Shown: positions 1-9,389, counted from the first letter of the stretch. The stretch: DNA of 64,000 nt from Minisyncoccota bacterium (GCA_020059915.1 JAGVBB010000002.1:62129-126128), one strand, 5' to 3'. Notes: generated by a model not told the origin, from the sequence alone. Numbers and translations are program-made.

Positions 1-74
1 TTTTTGTATATTGATTTATTTATAAAGTTGTGTTACAATATACTTATCATTAACTAACAAAATCGGAGCGACAA

Positions 75-347
75 ATGAAAGTATTAAAACTTTTTTTGTT
101 TATTATTATTTTTGTGTTTTTCTCTTTTGGATGCACAGAACAGGAAAGAATAAGAAATTTTGGCGGAACCGGAACATATGAACTTCCCGCCGGAAAAAAA
201 CTTGTTAATGCAACATGGAAGGATGATAATCTCTGGATTCTCACAAGAGATATGACCCCAAAAGACACACTACAAACTTACACATTTTCAGAAAGCTCAA
301 GTTTCGGTGTCTGGGAAGGCACTATAATATTGAAAGAACATAGATAA
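75..347 (+). CDS. Small predicted lipoprotein of unknown function (resembles small lipoproteins common in phages)
   Basis: Signal peptide with lipobox-like FSFGC; promoter TTGATT(11-16)-17-TACAAT(34-39); GGAG SD; followed by a terminator. Confidence 0.7.
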   Translation: MKVLKLFLFIIIFVFFSFGCTEQERIRNFGGTGTYELPAGKKLVNATWKDDNLWILTRDMTPKDTLQTYTFSESSSFGVWEGTIILKEHR

Positions 348-354
348 TTCACTT

Positions 355-377
355 GACCCCAACTGGGGTCTTTTTTT
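355..377 (+). terminator. Intrinsic terminator
   Basis: GACCCC-AACT-GGGGTC followed by T7. Confidence 0.8.
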
Positions 378-419
378 ATTAGTTGTCAGTTATGGGTAGT
401 TTGTTGTAAGTTTATATAT

Positions 420-1397
420 ATGAAACCTGTTTTAGTGTCGGGTATTCAGCCGACAGGAAAGTTACATCTTGGAAACTACCTTGGGGCACTCAAGAATTTT
501 GTAGAACTCCAAAATTCGGGAGAATATGATTGCCTCTTTTTTATCGCAGACCTTCATTCTCTTACTGAAACCTACACACCAAAAGAAAAAAAAGAACAGA
601 TTTCTGATTTGTTTCTTACATATCTCGCTGTAGGACTCGATCAAAAAAAATCAGTATTGTTCCAACAGTCTGCAATCGCAGAACACACAGAACTCTCGTG
701 GATTTTAAATACTATTACTCCATTTGGCGAACTTCGCCGAATGACACAGTTTAAAGATAAATCAGAAAATGAATCAGAAAATACCAATGTTGGACTTTTT
801 GATTATCCTGTTTTAATGGCTGCAGACATTCTTCTCTATAACGCTTCTGTGGTGCCCGTGGGAGACGATCAATTACAACATTTAGAACTTACGAGAACAC
901 TTGCAAGAAAATTTAATTCAAAATTTGGAAAAATATTTTTTGAACCAAAACCACTACTTACTTCAGTTCCCAGACTTATGAGTTTGGATGATCCAGAAAA
1001 AAAGATGTCAAAATCTCGTCCCGAAGGGTGTCTCTTTATTGACGACGAACCAAATATTATTAGAAAAAAGATTCAACGAGCAGTCACCGACTCAGAATCA
1101 ACTATTGAATATAATCCAAAAAAACGTCCAGGAATCTCAAACCTCGTTCTTATATATTCTGCAATTACGGACATGACACCAAAAGAAATAGTATTGATGT
1201 ATAACGGAAAAGGATATGCTGATTTTAAAAAGGACCTTGGAAACAAACTTGTTGAACTATTTACCCCATTTCAAGAAAAGAAAAAGGAATTGAAAAAATT
1301 AGATATCAAAAAAATATTAGATGAGGGAAATATGCAGGCAAAAAATAGAGCACAAAAAACATACGAAATTATAAAAAAGAAAGTTGGACTTATATAA
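420..1397 (+). CDS. trpS: Tryptophanyl-tRNA synthetase
   Basis: SGIQPTG-LHLGNYLGA, YPVLMAADIL, VPVGDDQLQHLE, KMSKS. Confidence 0.98.
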   Translation: MKPVLVSGIQPTGKLHLGNYLGALKNFVELQNSGEYDCLFFIADLHSLTETYTPKEKKEQISDLFLTYLAVGLDQKKSVLFQQSAIAEHTELSWILNTITPFGELRRMTQFKDKSENESENTNVGLFDYPVLMAADILLYNASVVPVGDDQLQHLELTRTLARKFNSKFGKIFFEPKPLLTSVPRLMSLDDPEKKMSKSRPEGCLFIDDEPNIIRKKIQRAVTDSESTIEYNPKKRPGISNLVLIYSAITDMTPKEIVLMYNGKGYADFKKDLGNKLVELFTPFQEKKKELKKLDIKKILDEGNMQAKNRAQKTYEIIKKKVGLI

Positions 1398-1399
1398 AC

Positions 1400-1433
1400 A
1401 AAACCCCGCCAGTTCATGAACTGGCGGGGTTTT
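1400..1433. terminator. Bidirectional terminator (perfect 34-bp palindrome) between convergent trpS and ileS
   Basis: AAAACCCCGCCAGTTCA/TGAACTGGCGGGGTTTT. Confidence 0.85.
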
Positions 1434-1435
1434 TA

Positions 1436-4400
1436 TTACTTCTTTTTCCTTACTGCTATCCAAATGGGGACTCCATCAATTTTTGTTTCAATCTCTACAT
1501 CAAAATGATTGCATTTACCCCAGACCAACTCTCTTGCATTCACGTCCTTCATACATTGATTTCTTTTCGATTCAATTATGCGTTGCAATTCATCCCCCAC
1601 CTCAATATGAATCACCACCTCGTCTTTTGGAGAAAGTTTTGCATCCTGGCGTAGGTCTTGAATGGTGCGTTGTAATTCACGAAGATATCCTTCTTCTTTA
1701 AGTTCCTGAGTGACATGAGTATCAAGAACAACCTCATCTTCCATGCTGGCATTAAATAAAACATCTTTGATATTTACCTCGTCCATAAGTATAGAGAGTA
1801 ACTCTGAATTTCCTTCCAAAAGCTTTGATTTCACAGTAATTGAGGCGAGTGGCTGTCTTACCTTAATTCCCGCCTCTGCGCGCTTTGCAAGGGCAATTGA
1901 CGCAATCCTGCGCACCTCTACCATGCCATCAACAAGTCCCTTATCACTTACATGGACAACTTTCGGCCATGCCTCAATATGGACCGATTCAAGCATTGAG
2001 GGAAACGATTTATATATTGCCTCTGAGAAAAATGGTGCAAACGGCGCCGTCAGCTTAGCGAGTGAAATCAGCATAGTGCCCAAAACATATGAAACAGCAT
2101 GGTAGTCATCTTTTGATTCTGGTTTTTGTAATCTCCTTCGAGAGCGTCTGATATACCACCTAGAAAGATCGTCCGCAAATGATTCAATAACGCGGGTGGC
2201 CTCCCCAACCTCATATGCATCCATATATGTTGTTGAGTCAATAATAACTTGATTAAGACGCTCTATAATCCATTTATCTAAAATATTATTTATTTTCGGC
2301 GCACTTTTCTTTTGAAGAACTTCCTTGTTTGCATATAGGTCAAAAAAAACAAATGAATTATATACGAGAGAGAAGAACTGTCGTGATACTTTCTGTAAAT
2401 CAAGTTCATCAAATTTCTTTGGTTCCCCAGGCGGATTTACTGTATAGAAGTACCACCTGATAACATCAGAACCATATTTTTGCATTACATCCCAAGGACT
2501 TACCACATTTCCTTTTGACTTTGACATTTTCTGTCCATTTTTATCAAGTACTAACCCCAATGAAATAACATTCTTAAATGGCGCCTCCTTCCCCAAAAGC
2601 GTAGAAACAGCCAACAGCGTGTAAAACCATCCCCTTGTCTGGTCGATGCCCTCAGAAATATAGTCCGCAGGAAATGGTAGTGTTTTTTTGTTTCCCTCAA
2701 ATGGATAGTGATATTGTGCAAAAGGCATCGCGCCGGAATCAAACCAAACATCGGCAACTTCAGGAATTCGTTTCATGGTATGCCCACAGGAATCACAAGA
2801 AAATTCAAATGAATCAATATATGGTCGATGGAGATCTAATGTTCCATTAATATCACGAGGGATCATTCTGTATTTTGTGATTTTCATCTTCCCCATGTTA
2901 ATAAACTCGCCATCCTCCTTATCGTGTTTCTCGGCCATTGCTTCCTCGTCACTCCATCCATTCATCACCCCATCAAGCGCCCAAAGCACATCTTCATGGC
3001 TTACTATAGCAATGGTTTTCCCAGAATATTTTTCATCTATTTCTTTTATTGCTGTATACACCCTCTTCCTCACATCAGAAATACTTTCTCCATTTGGTGT
3101 TTGTTTGGTAAATCGTTCTCTAAAGGAACCATAATAATTTGTGTACGATAACAAAGGGGAACCATTAAAATCACCAAAATCAATCTCCCGTAATCGCTCA
3201 TCGAAAATAATAGGCGCACCAGTATGTTCTTTTATAATTGCAGATGTTTCCTTGGTGCGAACCATATCGGAAGAAAAAATAAGATCAATTTTTTCTTTTT
3301 TTATTTTTTTACCAAGTTGCTCTATTTGTTTTTTCCCCTTCTCAGTAAGATGATACTTTGTCTTTTCCGGCCATGACGAAAGTGTGTTCGCTAAATTACT
3401 TTCCGATTCGCCATGACGAATAAGTATATACTTGTTATTTTTTGAAGGAACTTTCTTTTCTAATTCCTCAACACTACCAATAACGATTTTTTCTTTACAA
3501 TCACTACACTCCCATATAGGAAGTGGGGTCCCCCAATATCGCTCACGAGAAATTGCCCAATCTTTAACCTCTTTTATCCATTCCCCAAATCTCCCTGTTT
3601 GTAGATGATCTGGAATCCAATGTATGGTGTTATTTTCTTTTTTAAGGACATCTCTCAATGAACTCATTTCTATAAACCAAGAGTGCCTTCCATAATATAA
3701 AAGTGGAGTATTACAGCGCCAACAAAACGGATATTCATGTTTATATTGTTCCGTTCTTAAGAGAAGGTTTTTTTCCTCAAGTTTCTGTATTATTGCAGTT
3801 TCGGTTGTTTTTGTTTTTGCGTACATTCCAGCGAAATATGGAACATCATCAGAAAAAACTCCGGTCTCTTTTACTGTGTGTACTTCTGGAAGTCCTAATG
3901 ACCTTCCTAGTTGATAGTCATCTTCTCCGTACATCACCGCAGTATGCACAACACCAGTTCCATCTTCAGTGGTAACAAATCCTGCTGGATATACTTTGTA
4001 TGTAAGTGATTTTACAGAACCAGAAACAAACGCGGGAATTTCAAACAATGGTTCATAGGAAATAGTAACAAGATCCTTTCCAGTAACAGTTTTTAAGACA
4101 GTGTATTCTGTTCCATCAAGCACCGACAATCGTGATTCCGCAAGAATATAAATCTCTTTTTTCTTTGTATCTCCCACATCAACAATTACATATGGTATGT
4201 GCTCACCAACAGCAAGCGCAATGTTACCAGGGAGCGTCCACGGCGTGGTTGTCCAAGATAGAATAAATGTTTTTGTGTCTGCAACAAAATCTCCAATTTT
4301 TTCTCCCTTTTTTACTTTAAATTTTATATATACAGAAGTATCTTCAACTTCCTTATATCCCTGAGCAAGCTCATGAGAAGAGAGGGCGGTGCCACAACGA

Positions 4401-4945
4401 GTACACCACGGAACGATCTTGTGTCCCTTATAAAGAAGTTTCTTTTTGTGTATCTCTTTAAAAATCCACCATAGGGACTCCATATACTTATTTTCATAGG
4501 TAACATATGGGTCATCCATATCAAGCCAATAACCCATCCGCTCAGTAAGTTTTTCCCACTCATCTTTATATTTCCATACCGACTCCTTACACTTAGCATT
4601 AAATTCCATAACTCCGTACTCCTCAATTTCTTTTTTCGATTTAATTCCAAGTTGTTTTTCTACTTCTAATTCAACAGGGAGCCCATGTGTATCCCATCCT
4701 CCTTTTCTAGGAACTGAATATCCACGCATTGTCTTATACCGCAAAACAACATCCTTAAAAGAACGTGCAAGAACATGGTGAATTCCTGGTCTTCCATTTG
4801 CAGTTGGTGGACCCTCATAAAATATGAATTCTTTTTTTGTTCCTTTCTTTTTTAGCGTTTTTTCGAAAATGTGCTGATGTTTCCAAAACTCAAGTACTTT
4901 TTCTTCTATCTCTGGTAATGAGAATTGCTCTCCTTGTTTTAACAT
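1436..4945 (-). CDS. ileS: Isoleucyl-tRNA synthetase type 2 with an inserted histidine-phosphatase domain
   Basis: FYEGPPTANGRPGIHH, GWDTHGLPVE, WTTTPWTL, DWAISRERYWGTPLP, EGIDQTRGWFY, KMSKS; RHGES...SH domain at about 2880-3440. Confidence 0.97.
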   Translation of the reverse strand: MLKQGEQFSLPEIEEKVLEFWKHQHIFEKTLKKKGTKKEFIFYEGPPTANGRPGIHHVLARSFKDVVLRYKTMRGYSVPRKGGWDTHGLPVELEVEKQLGIKSKKEIEEYGVMEFNAKCKESVWKYKDEWEKLTERMGYWLDMDDPYVTYENKYMESLWWIFKEIHKKKLLYKGHKIVPWCTRCGTALSSHELAQGYKEVEDTSVYIKFKVKKGEKIGDFVADTKTFILSWTTTPWTLPGNIALAVGEHIPYVIVDVGDTKKKEIYILAESRLSVLDGTEYTVLKTVTGKDLVTISYEPLFEIPAFVSGSVKSLTYKVYPAGFVTTEDGTGVVHTAVMYGEDDYQLGRSLGLPEVHTVKETGVFSDDVPYFAGMYAKTKTTETAIIQKLEEKNLLLRTEQYKHEYPFCWRCNTPLLYYGRHSWFIEMSSLRDVLKKENNTIHWIPDHLQTGRFGEWIKEVKDWAISRERYWGTPLPIWECSDCKEKIVIGSVEELEKKVPSKNNKYILIRHGESESNLANTLSSWPEKTKYHLTEKGKKQIEQLGKKIKKEKIDLIFSSDMVRTKETSAIIKEHTGAPIIFDERLREIDFGDFNGSPLLSYTNYYGSFRERFTKQTPNGESISDVRKRVYTAIKEIDEKYSGKTIAIVSHEDVLWALDGVMNGWSDEEAMAEKHDKEDGEFINMGKMKITKYRMIPRDINGTLDLHRPYIDSFEFSCDSCGHTMKRIPEVADVWFDSGAMPFAQYHYPFEGNKKTLPFPADYISEGIDQTRGWFYTLLAVSTLLGKEAPFKNVISLGLVLDKNGQKMSKSKGNVVSPWDVMQKYGSDVIRWYFYTVNPPGEPKKFDELDLQKVSRQFFSLVYNSFVFFDLYANKEVLQKKSAPKINNILDKWIIERLNQVIIDSTTYMDAYEVGEATRVIESFADDLSRWYIRRSRRRLQKPESKDDYHAVSYVLGTMLISLAKLTAPFAPFFSEAIYKSFPSMLESVHIEAWPKVVHVSDKGLVDGMVEVRRIASIALAKRAEAGIKVRQPLASITVKSKLLEGNSELLSILMDEVNIKDVLFNASMEDEVVLDTHVTQELKEEGYLRELQRTIQDLRQDAKLSPKDEVVIHIEVGDELQRIIESKRNQCMKDVNARELVWGKCNHFDVEIETKIDGVPIWIAVRKKK

Positions 4946-5050
4946 ATGCTCCGTTATTCTAATAAAAAATTTGTATTTTTTCCATCTCGAGGGAAATCCA
5001 AGACAAAACTACTCTAGAACGAAATAACAGGATATAATACATTAATCAGT

Positions 5051-5980
5051 ATGATAAATTTCTTAATTCTCGTCGCTATTGGTATATTATTTTATTTACT
5101 TTCAAAATCCGCTGATCTTGTTGTTGATTCTATAAAAAAAATTGGTTATACGTTTCATATACCCATACTATTCTTGGGATTTATATTAGGATTTTTTGCC
5201 TCCCTCCCAGAATTATCTATTGCAGTAAATACCTCTGTCCGTGATATAGGAGATCTGTCTCTTGGAAATCTTCTTGGGGGCATGTCGGTTCTGTTTGGTC
5301 TCATATTGGGAGTTTCTATTTTTTTATCTCGTCCAATATCAACAGACGGAAAATATACAACAATATTACCAATACTTGGTTATTCATTCCTCCCTTTTCT
5401 GTTTGGACTAAATGGAGAAATATCATTTTTCGAAGGAACATTTCTTATTGTCTCCTATGTCATTCTTATAATTTTTTTATTTAAAGAAACAAAACATATA
5501 GAACAAAAAGAAGTATACATACAACATAGCGCTCCGAAAAAACAAGTGGTATTTATTGTTGTTGGAATTGTTTCACTTCTTGTTGTTTCGAATATTATTA
5601 TCCGCCTTACCGAAACAATATTAGAATCTTATAACGTTCCCGCATTTTTTATTGGATTTTTATTATTTTCCATTGGCACAAATCTACCAGAAATTGCCAT
5701 ATCATTTCGTTCAATACGGAAACATGTTGCAGAACTTTCTCTTGCGAGCATCTTTGGATCTGTAATAGCAAATTCACTCATTGCAGGAATTTTATCCATT
5801 ATCAGACCCGTCCCTATAGAACATATAAGTTCTTATATTGTATTAACAGTATCAACAGGTATACTTCTGTTTTTTGTTCTTCGTTTTTATAAAACAGAAA
5901 AAAAGTTTTCAAAAAAAGAGGGCGTAATACTCGCCCTCTTATATGGAGGTATAGTTCTCTTACAAATTATATTTGTATAA
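5051..5980 (+). CDS. Sodium/calcium exchanger family (YrbG-like) membrane protein
   Basis: About 10 TM helices; duplicated alpha repeats ASLPEL..GNLLG and GTNLPEI..ASIFGS. Confidence 0.88.
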   Translation: MINFLILVAIGILFYLLSKSADLVVDSIKKIGYTFHIPILFLGFILGFFASLPELSIAVNTSVRDIGDLSLGNLLGGMSVLFGLILGVSIFLSRPISTDGKYTTILPILGYSFLPFLFGLNGEISFFEGTFLIVSYVILIIFLFKETKHIEQKEVYIQHSAPKKQVVFIVVGIVSLLVVSNIIIRLTETILESYNVPAFFIGFLLFSIGTNLPEIAISFRSIRKHVAELSLASIFGSVIANSLIAGILSIIRPVPIEHISSYIVLTVSTGILLFFVLRFYKTEKKFSKKEGVILALLYGGIVLLQIIFV

Positions 5981-7555
5981 CTACATTTTTTCTGGTGTGC
6001 TACAACCAAGTATACGAAGTGTATTTCCCAAAACATGCTGTGATGCTTCAACAAGCGCTCTTCGCGCTCTCATTGTTTTTTCTTCAACGCCATCAACATG
6101 CTCTTTTTCATAAAAGTTATGGAATGCACGAGATAGCTCCCCCGCATACTGTGTTATTCTATGGACAGAAAATGTGGCACCCACCTCTTCCAAGATGTCC
6201 GGAAACTCAGAAAGCTTTCTCATGAGGAGAGTGTCCTCTGGTGTGGCAAGAGGTGCATAATCGGAACACGCACCACATTCTGTTTTTTGTAAAATACTTG
6301 ATGCACGAACAAATGCATATTGAAGATAAAACACTGGATTCTTGTTTGAATGTTCGCGAGCGAGATCAATATCAAAATCCATGTGACTATCGGGGGAGAT
6401 CATAAGGAAAAAGAATCGAGCGACATCAACACCAACCTCATCAATGAGTTCGCTAAATGTGACAAATGCCCCTTTTCTTTTTGACATTTTCATCTCCTCC
6501 CCCCCTTTTAGAAGACGCACCGCCTGTGTAATAATCACGCGCGAATCTTCAAGTCCTAATATCTTTGCTACCGCCTGAATACGAGCAACATACCCATAGT
6601 GATCAGGACCAAGAATGAGCACCTTGCCATAAAATCCTCGCTCTTTTGTTTCAAGATAATGCCCCGCATCTGCAAGTAAATATGTTGGCGTCTTCTTACT
6701 TGTTATGAGTACGCGATCCTTATCGTCATCAAATTCTGTTGTCTTAAACCAAGTAGCTCCATCTGCTTCATACACAACATTTTTTGTTTTTAGAACATCA
6801 AGCACTTTCTCCACATACTTTTTATCATGTATATCTTTTTGCTCTGAAGTATATCGATCAAAATGAATTTTTGCCTTCTTCTCAAGCGCTTCTTGGATAA
6901 GAGAAAGAAAATAATCAGCAGCAGCGCGCCCAACATGTTCTGGGTCATCCTTATGTTTTTCTATAAACTCCTTATGTTCCTGCGCCCATTCAGCGACATA
7001 TTCACCCTTATAAAAAGTTTCTTCAAATGGAATGTGTCCACAATTCGCTACAAGCGATTTCCCAAGTGTGACAACCTGATTTCCTGTATCATTCACATAA
7101 TATTCCCGTTCCACAGCAAATCCTTGCGAATCCAGTACATTTGAAAGTGCATCCCCCAAAAATCCACCCCTCCCATTTGCTAATGTTAGTGGCCCTGTTG
7201 GATTTGCAGAAACATATTCAATCTGAATTTTTTTATTTTTCTTTCCTATTTTTTTTCCATACGTTTCTTTTTCCAAAAGGATTTTATCTAGTTCCTTGTA
7301 ATATTCTATATCCTGAATCCAAACATTTATGAATCCTGGAGCTTTTAGTTCAACCCGAGAAAATAATGGATTCGTAGATATTTTTTTAATAATGTCCTCA
7401 GCAATAGTAATAGGACTGGTTCCTCTCGTTTTCGCGAGCTTAAAAGCAACATTGGTGCTGTAATGCCCAAATGCTTCTTGGTCAGGAATAGTAACTTCAA
7501 TAGTAACTTCTTCTGGAATAAGGGGTCTGAGTGCCCCCACCACTTTCTCTTTCAT
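5981..7555 (-). CDS. argS: Arginyl-tRNA synthetase
   Basis: EYVSANPTGPL, REYYVND, GPDHYGY, KMSKRKG, NPVFYLQYA, C-terminal PEKM. Confidence 0.97.
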   Translation of the reverse strand: MKEKVVGALRPLIPEEVTIEVTIPDQEAFGHYSTNVAFKLAKTRGTSPITIAEDIIKKISTNPLFSRVELKAPGFINVWIQDIEYYKELDKILLEKETYGKKIGKKNKKIQIEYVSANPTGPLTLANGRGGFLGDALSNVLDSQGFAVEREYYVNDTGNQVVTLGKSLVANCGHIPFEETFYKGEYVAEWAQEHKEFIEKHKDDPEHVGRAAADYFLSLIQEALEKKAKIHFDRYTSEQKDIHDKKYVEKVLDVLKTKNVVYEADGATWFKTTEFDDDKDRVLITSKKTPTYLLADAGHYLETKERGFYGKVLILGPDHYGYVARIQAVAKILGLEDSRVIITQAVRLLKGGEEMKMSKRKGAFVTFSELIDEVGVDVARFFFLMISPDSHMDFDIDLAREHSNKNPVFYLQYAFVRASSILQKTECGACSDYAPLATPEDTLLMRKLSEFPDILEEVGATFSVHRITQYAGELSRAFHNFYEKEHVDGVEEKTMRARRALVEASQHVLGNTLRILGCSTPEKM

Positions 7556-7665
7556 ATCTCAATTAAAACAGAGAAAGAAAAAATTAAAAAGGGCTGCTAA
7601 AAACAAGGTTATACATCCTTGTAAAAATAAGAAAAAAGAGGTATAATATAATTGTTCATTTATAT

Positions 7666-8006
7666 GGGGATGTTGGGCTTCGACAGAATACCAACCAATA
7701 TATGTGCAGGCGGAGCTTGTTACCTCCTAAATCTGACAACCAAATAATAACTGACAACCAAAGAGTTGCAGTCCCTGCATTTGCTTTCGCAGCATAACAG
7801 GGCACTCACCTAATTTATTGGTGGGCATCAGCACCTAATGTCTCATAGGGATCTGCTGGTGTTATATATGAGGCGCGCGCATGTTCGTTTTGAATCTTTC
7901 AAATATGTTGCGCTAATAAAAGATTCACCATTGTGTTTTTTACACTAAGCTTGTAGATCATATATAGGAAATATTTTGGACACCGGTTCAACTCCGGTCA
8001 TCTCCA
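7666..8006 (+). ncRNA. ssrA: tmRNA; predicted tag (A)DNQRVAVPAFAFAA (7753-7797)
   Basis: Acceptor stem GGGGATG/CATCTCC-A with G3.U wobble; TTCGAC; T-arm CCGG-TTCAACT-CCGG; pk1 (GGAG/CTCC, TTGTTA/TGACAA); ATAACT before the resume codon; tag ends AA-stop; adjacent smpB. Confidence 0.95.
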
Positions 8007-8098
8007 CAAAAACAAAGAGCGTCTGCACGACCCCAGTAGGTCATTTTGCTAAATGATATGTTTTTGTAGGATGCCGTATATAATTACGGCGCCACAAA

Positions 8099-8133
8099 TA
8101 AACAAAACCTATCTCGATGATAGGTTTTGTTTT
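8099..8133. terminator. Bidirectional terminator between ssrA and smpB
   Basis: 15-bp perfect stem TAAACAAAACCTATC/GATAGGTTTTGTTTA. Confidence 0.7.
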
Positions 8134-8188
8134 ACATAATTAGGAGTTGAACAGCCAAGAAACCTCAATTATGGATTTTGTTTTGAAA

Positions 8189-8629
8189 TTATTTTCTCAC
8201 TCCTCTTTGTATCTCTCTTTCTGTTTCTCTTTTCTTTATTGTCTCTCGTTTATCTGATTTTTTCTTTCCTCGAGCAAGTGCAAGTTCAATTTTTACAAAC
8301 CCATGAGAAATGAATGCTTTGAGCGGCACCAAAGAAAACCCCGACTGAAGTTTTCCGGTAATTTCCCGTATTTCTTTTTTTGAAAGCAATAATTTTCTTG
8401 TTCGCAATTCTTCAAAATCTTTTGGGGCATTCCCTTTTTGAAATGAGTGAATTGAAGAATTTAATAAATGTATTTCCCCACCCCGAAGAATTGCATGACT
8501 TCCCGATAAATCCATTCTTCCCATCTTTGCCGACTTTGCTTCATGTCCTGTTAACACAATTCCGCCGACAAACGTTTCAAGAATCTCGTAATCAAATCGT
8601 GCTTTTTTGTTTTCTGCAATCATAGACAT
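8189..8629 (-). CDS. smpB: SsrA-binding protein
   Basis: ENKKARFDYEI, GIVLTGHEAKS, RTRKLLL, LARGKKKSDKRE. Confidence 0.97.
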   Translation of the reverse strand: MSMIAENKKARFDYEILETFVGGIVLTGHEAKSAKMGRMDLSGSHAILRGGEIHLLNSSIHSFQKGNAPKDFEELRTRKLLLSKKEIREITGKLQSGFSLVPLKAFISHGFVKIELALARGKKKSDKRETIKKRETEREIQRGVRK

Positions 8630-8672
8630 TACCCATTTACGCTACCACACTATTAACAAGAAAAAAATCCAC

Positions 8673-9239
8673 TCATACGAGTGGATGTAACTTTTGATTT
8701 TCCTTTCTACAATAGTCAACGAGATTTATGTACTGCTTGAAACATTCAGCAACCCCTGGAAGTAATTCCAAATAACTCCTCCCCATAAACTCATTAACCA
8801 GTTTGTTAAAATGCCTTTTCCCCAGCTCTACCTTCTCATTTGCCATCAAAACCATGCCAGGGCTGATAGGTATAAGAAAATCAACACATTTTGACTGTGT
8901 TACATCAGTAACACACACTGGATTCTCTAAATCTCCTTTTTTTTCAGTTATTTTGAAATAACCAATAAGATACGGATTATTTCTCCACAAAGTCCTGAAA
9001 AATAGCAAATCCCCCACGCGTAACGTCTTTCGTAACGCTCGGTGACATCGAGAATATGTTCCCTTTATGAAATCCGGATCCTGTTTTCTATACCAATCTA
9101 CACCCTCAATCTCCTCGCTATCTATTTGCCTGCGAATTGGATAGTCAGTTCTCTTCCCGTTGATTATTCTCATTGGTCCAAGAACAAACAAGTCCTGGGT
9201 CCAATCACTAAAACAAGGGGTTATAAATGACCTCGACAT
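8673..9239 (-). CDS. Hypothetical protein, Nmad2/Nmad3-like (nucleotide-modification-associated domain) candidate
   Basis: DPDF..GTYSRC..LRKTLRVGDLLFF..YLIGYF pattern; strong SD AAGGAGG; own promoter. ORF is well supported, family call is tentative. Confidence 0.5.
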   Translation of the reverse strand: MSRSFITPCFSDWTQDLFVLGPMRIINGKRTDYPIRRQIDSEEIEGVDWYRKQDPDFIKGTYSRCHRALRKTLRVGDLLFFRTLWRNNPYLIGYFKITEKKGDLENPVCVTDVTQSKCVDFLIPISPGMVLMANEKVELGKRHFNKLVNEFMGRSYLELLPGVAECFKQYINLVDYCRKENQKLHPLV

Positions 9240-9320
9240 ATCTCCTCCTTATTTATTTGTTAATAATGATTTTGTTATATTCCTTTTTTCTCTTCTATAC
9301 AATCCCCCACATATAAAACA

Positions 9321-9389
9321 TGTTTAGAGACTAAGACTTGGCCAAGCGCCTGCCTGCTGGTAGGCAGGGCCCGGAGCGGGCTCTAAACA
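9321..9389. repeat. Nested hairpin containing the REP-like palindrome CCTGCCTGCTGGTAGGCAGG
   Basis: TGTTTAGAG/CTCTAAACA outer stem enclosing CTTGGCCAAG, CCTGCCTGC-TG-GTAGGCAGG and GCCCG-GAG-CGGGC. Confidence 0.6.

Noticed and set aside
2880-3440. Intein in IleRS
   Set aside because: No C/S...HN-C/S/T splice motifs or homing endonuclease; the insert has histidine-phosphatase motifs.
9321-9389. Twister or hammerhead ribozyme, SRP RNA, or Cas9 repeat (GTTTAGAG)
   Set aside because: The conserved cores could not be matched, there is no cas gene, and there is only one copy.
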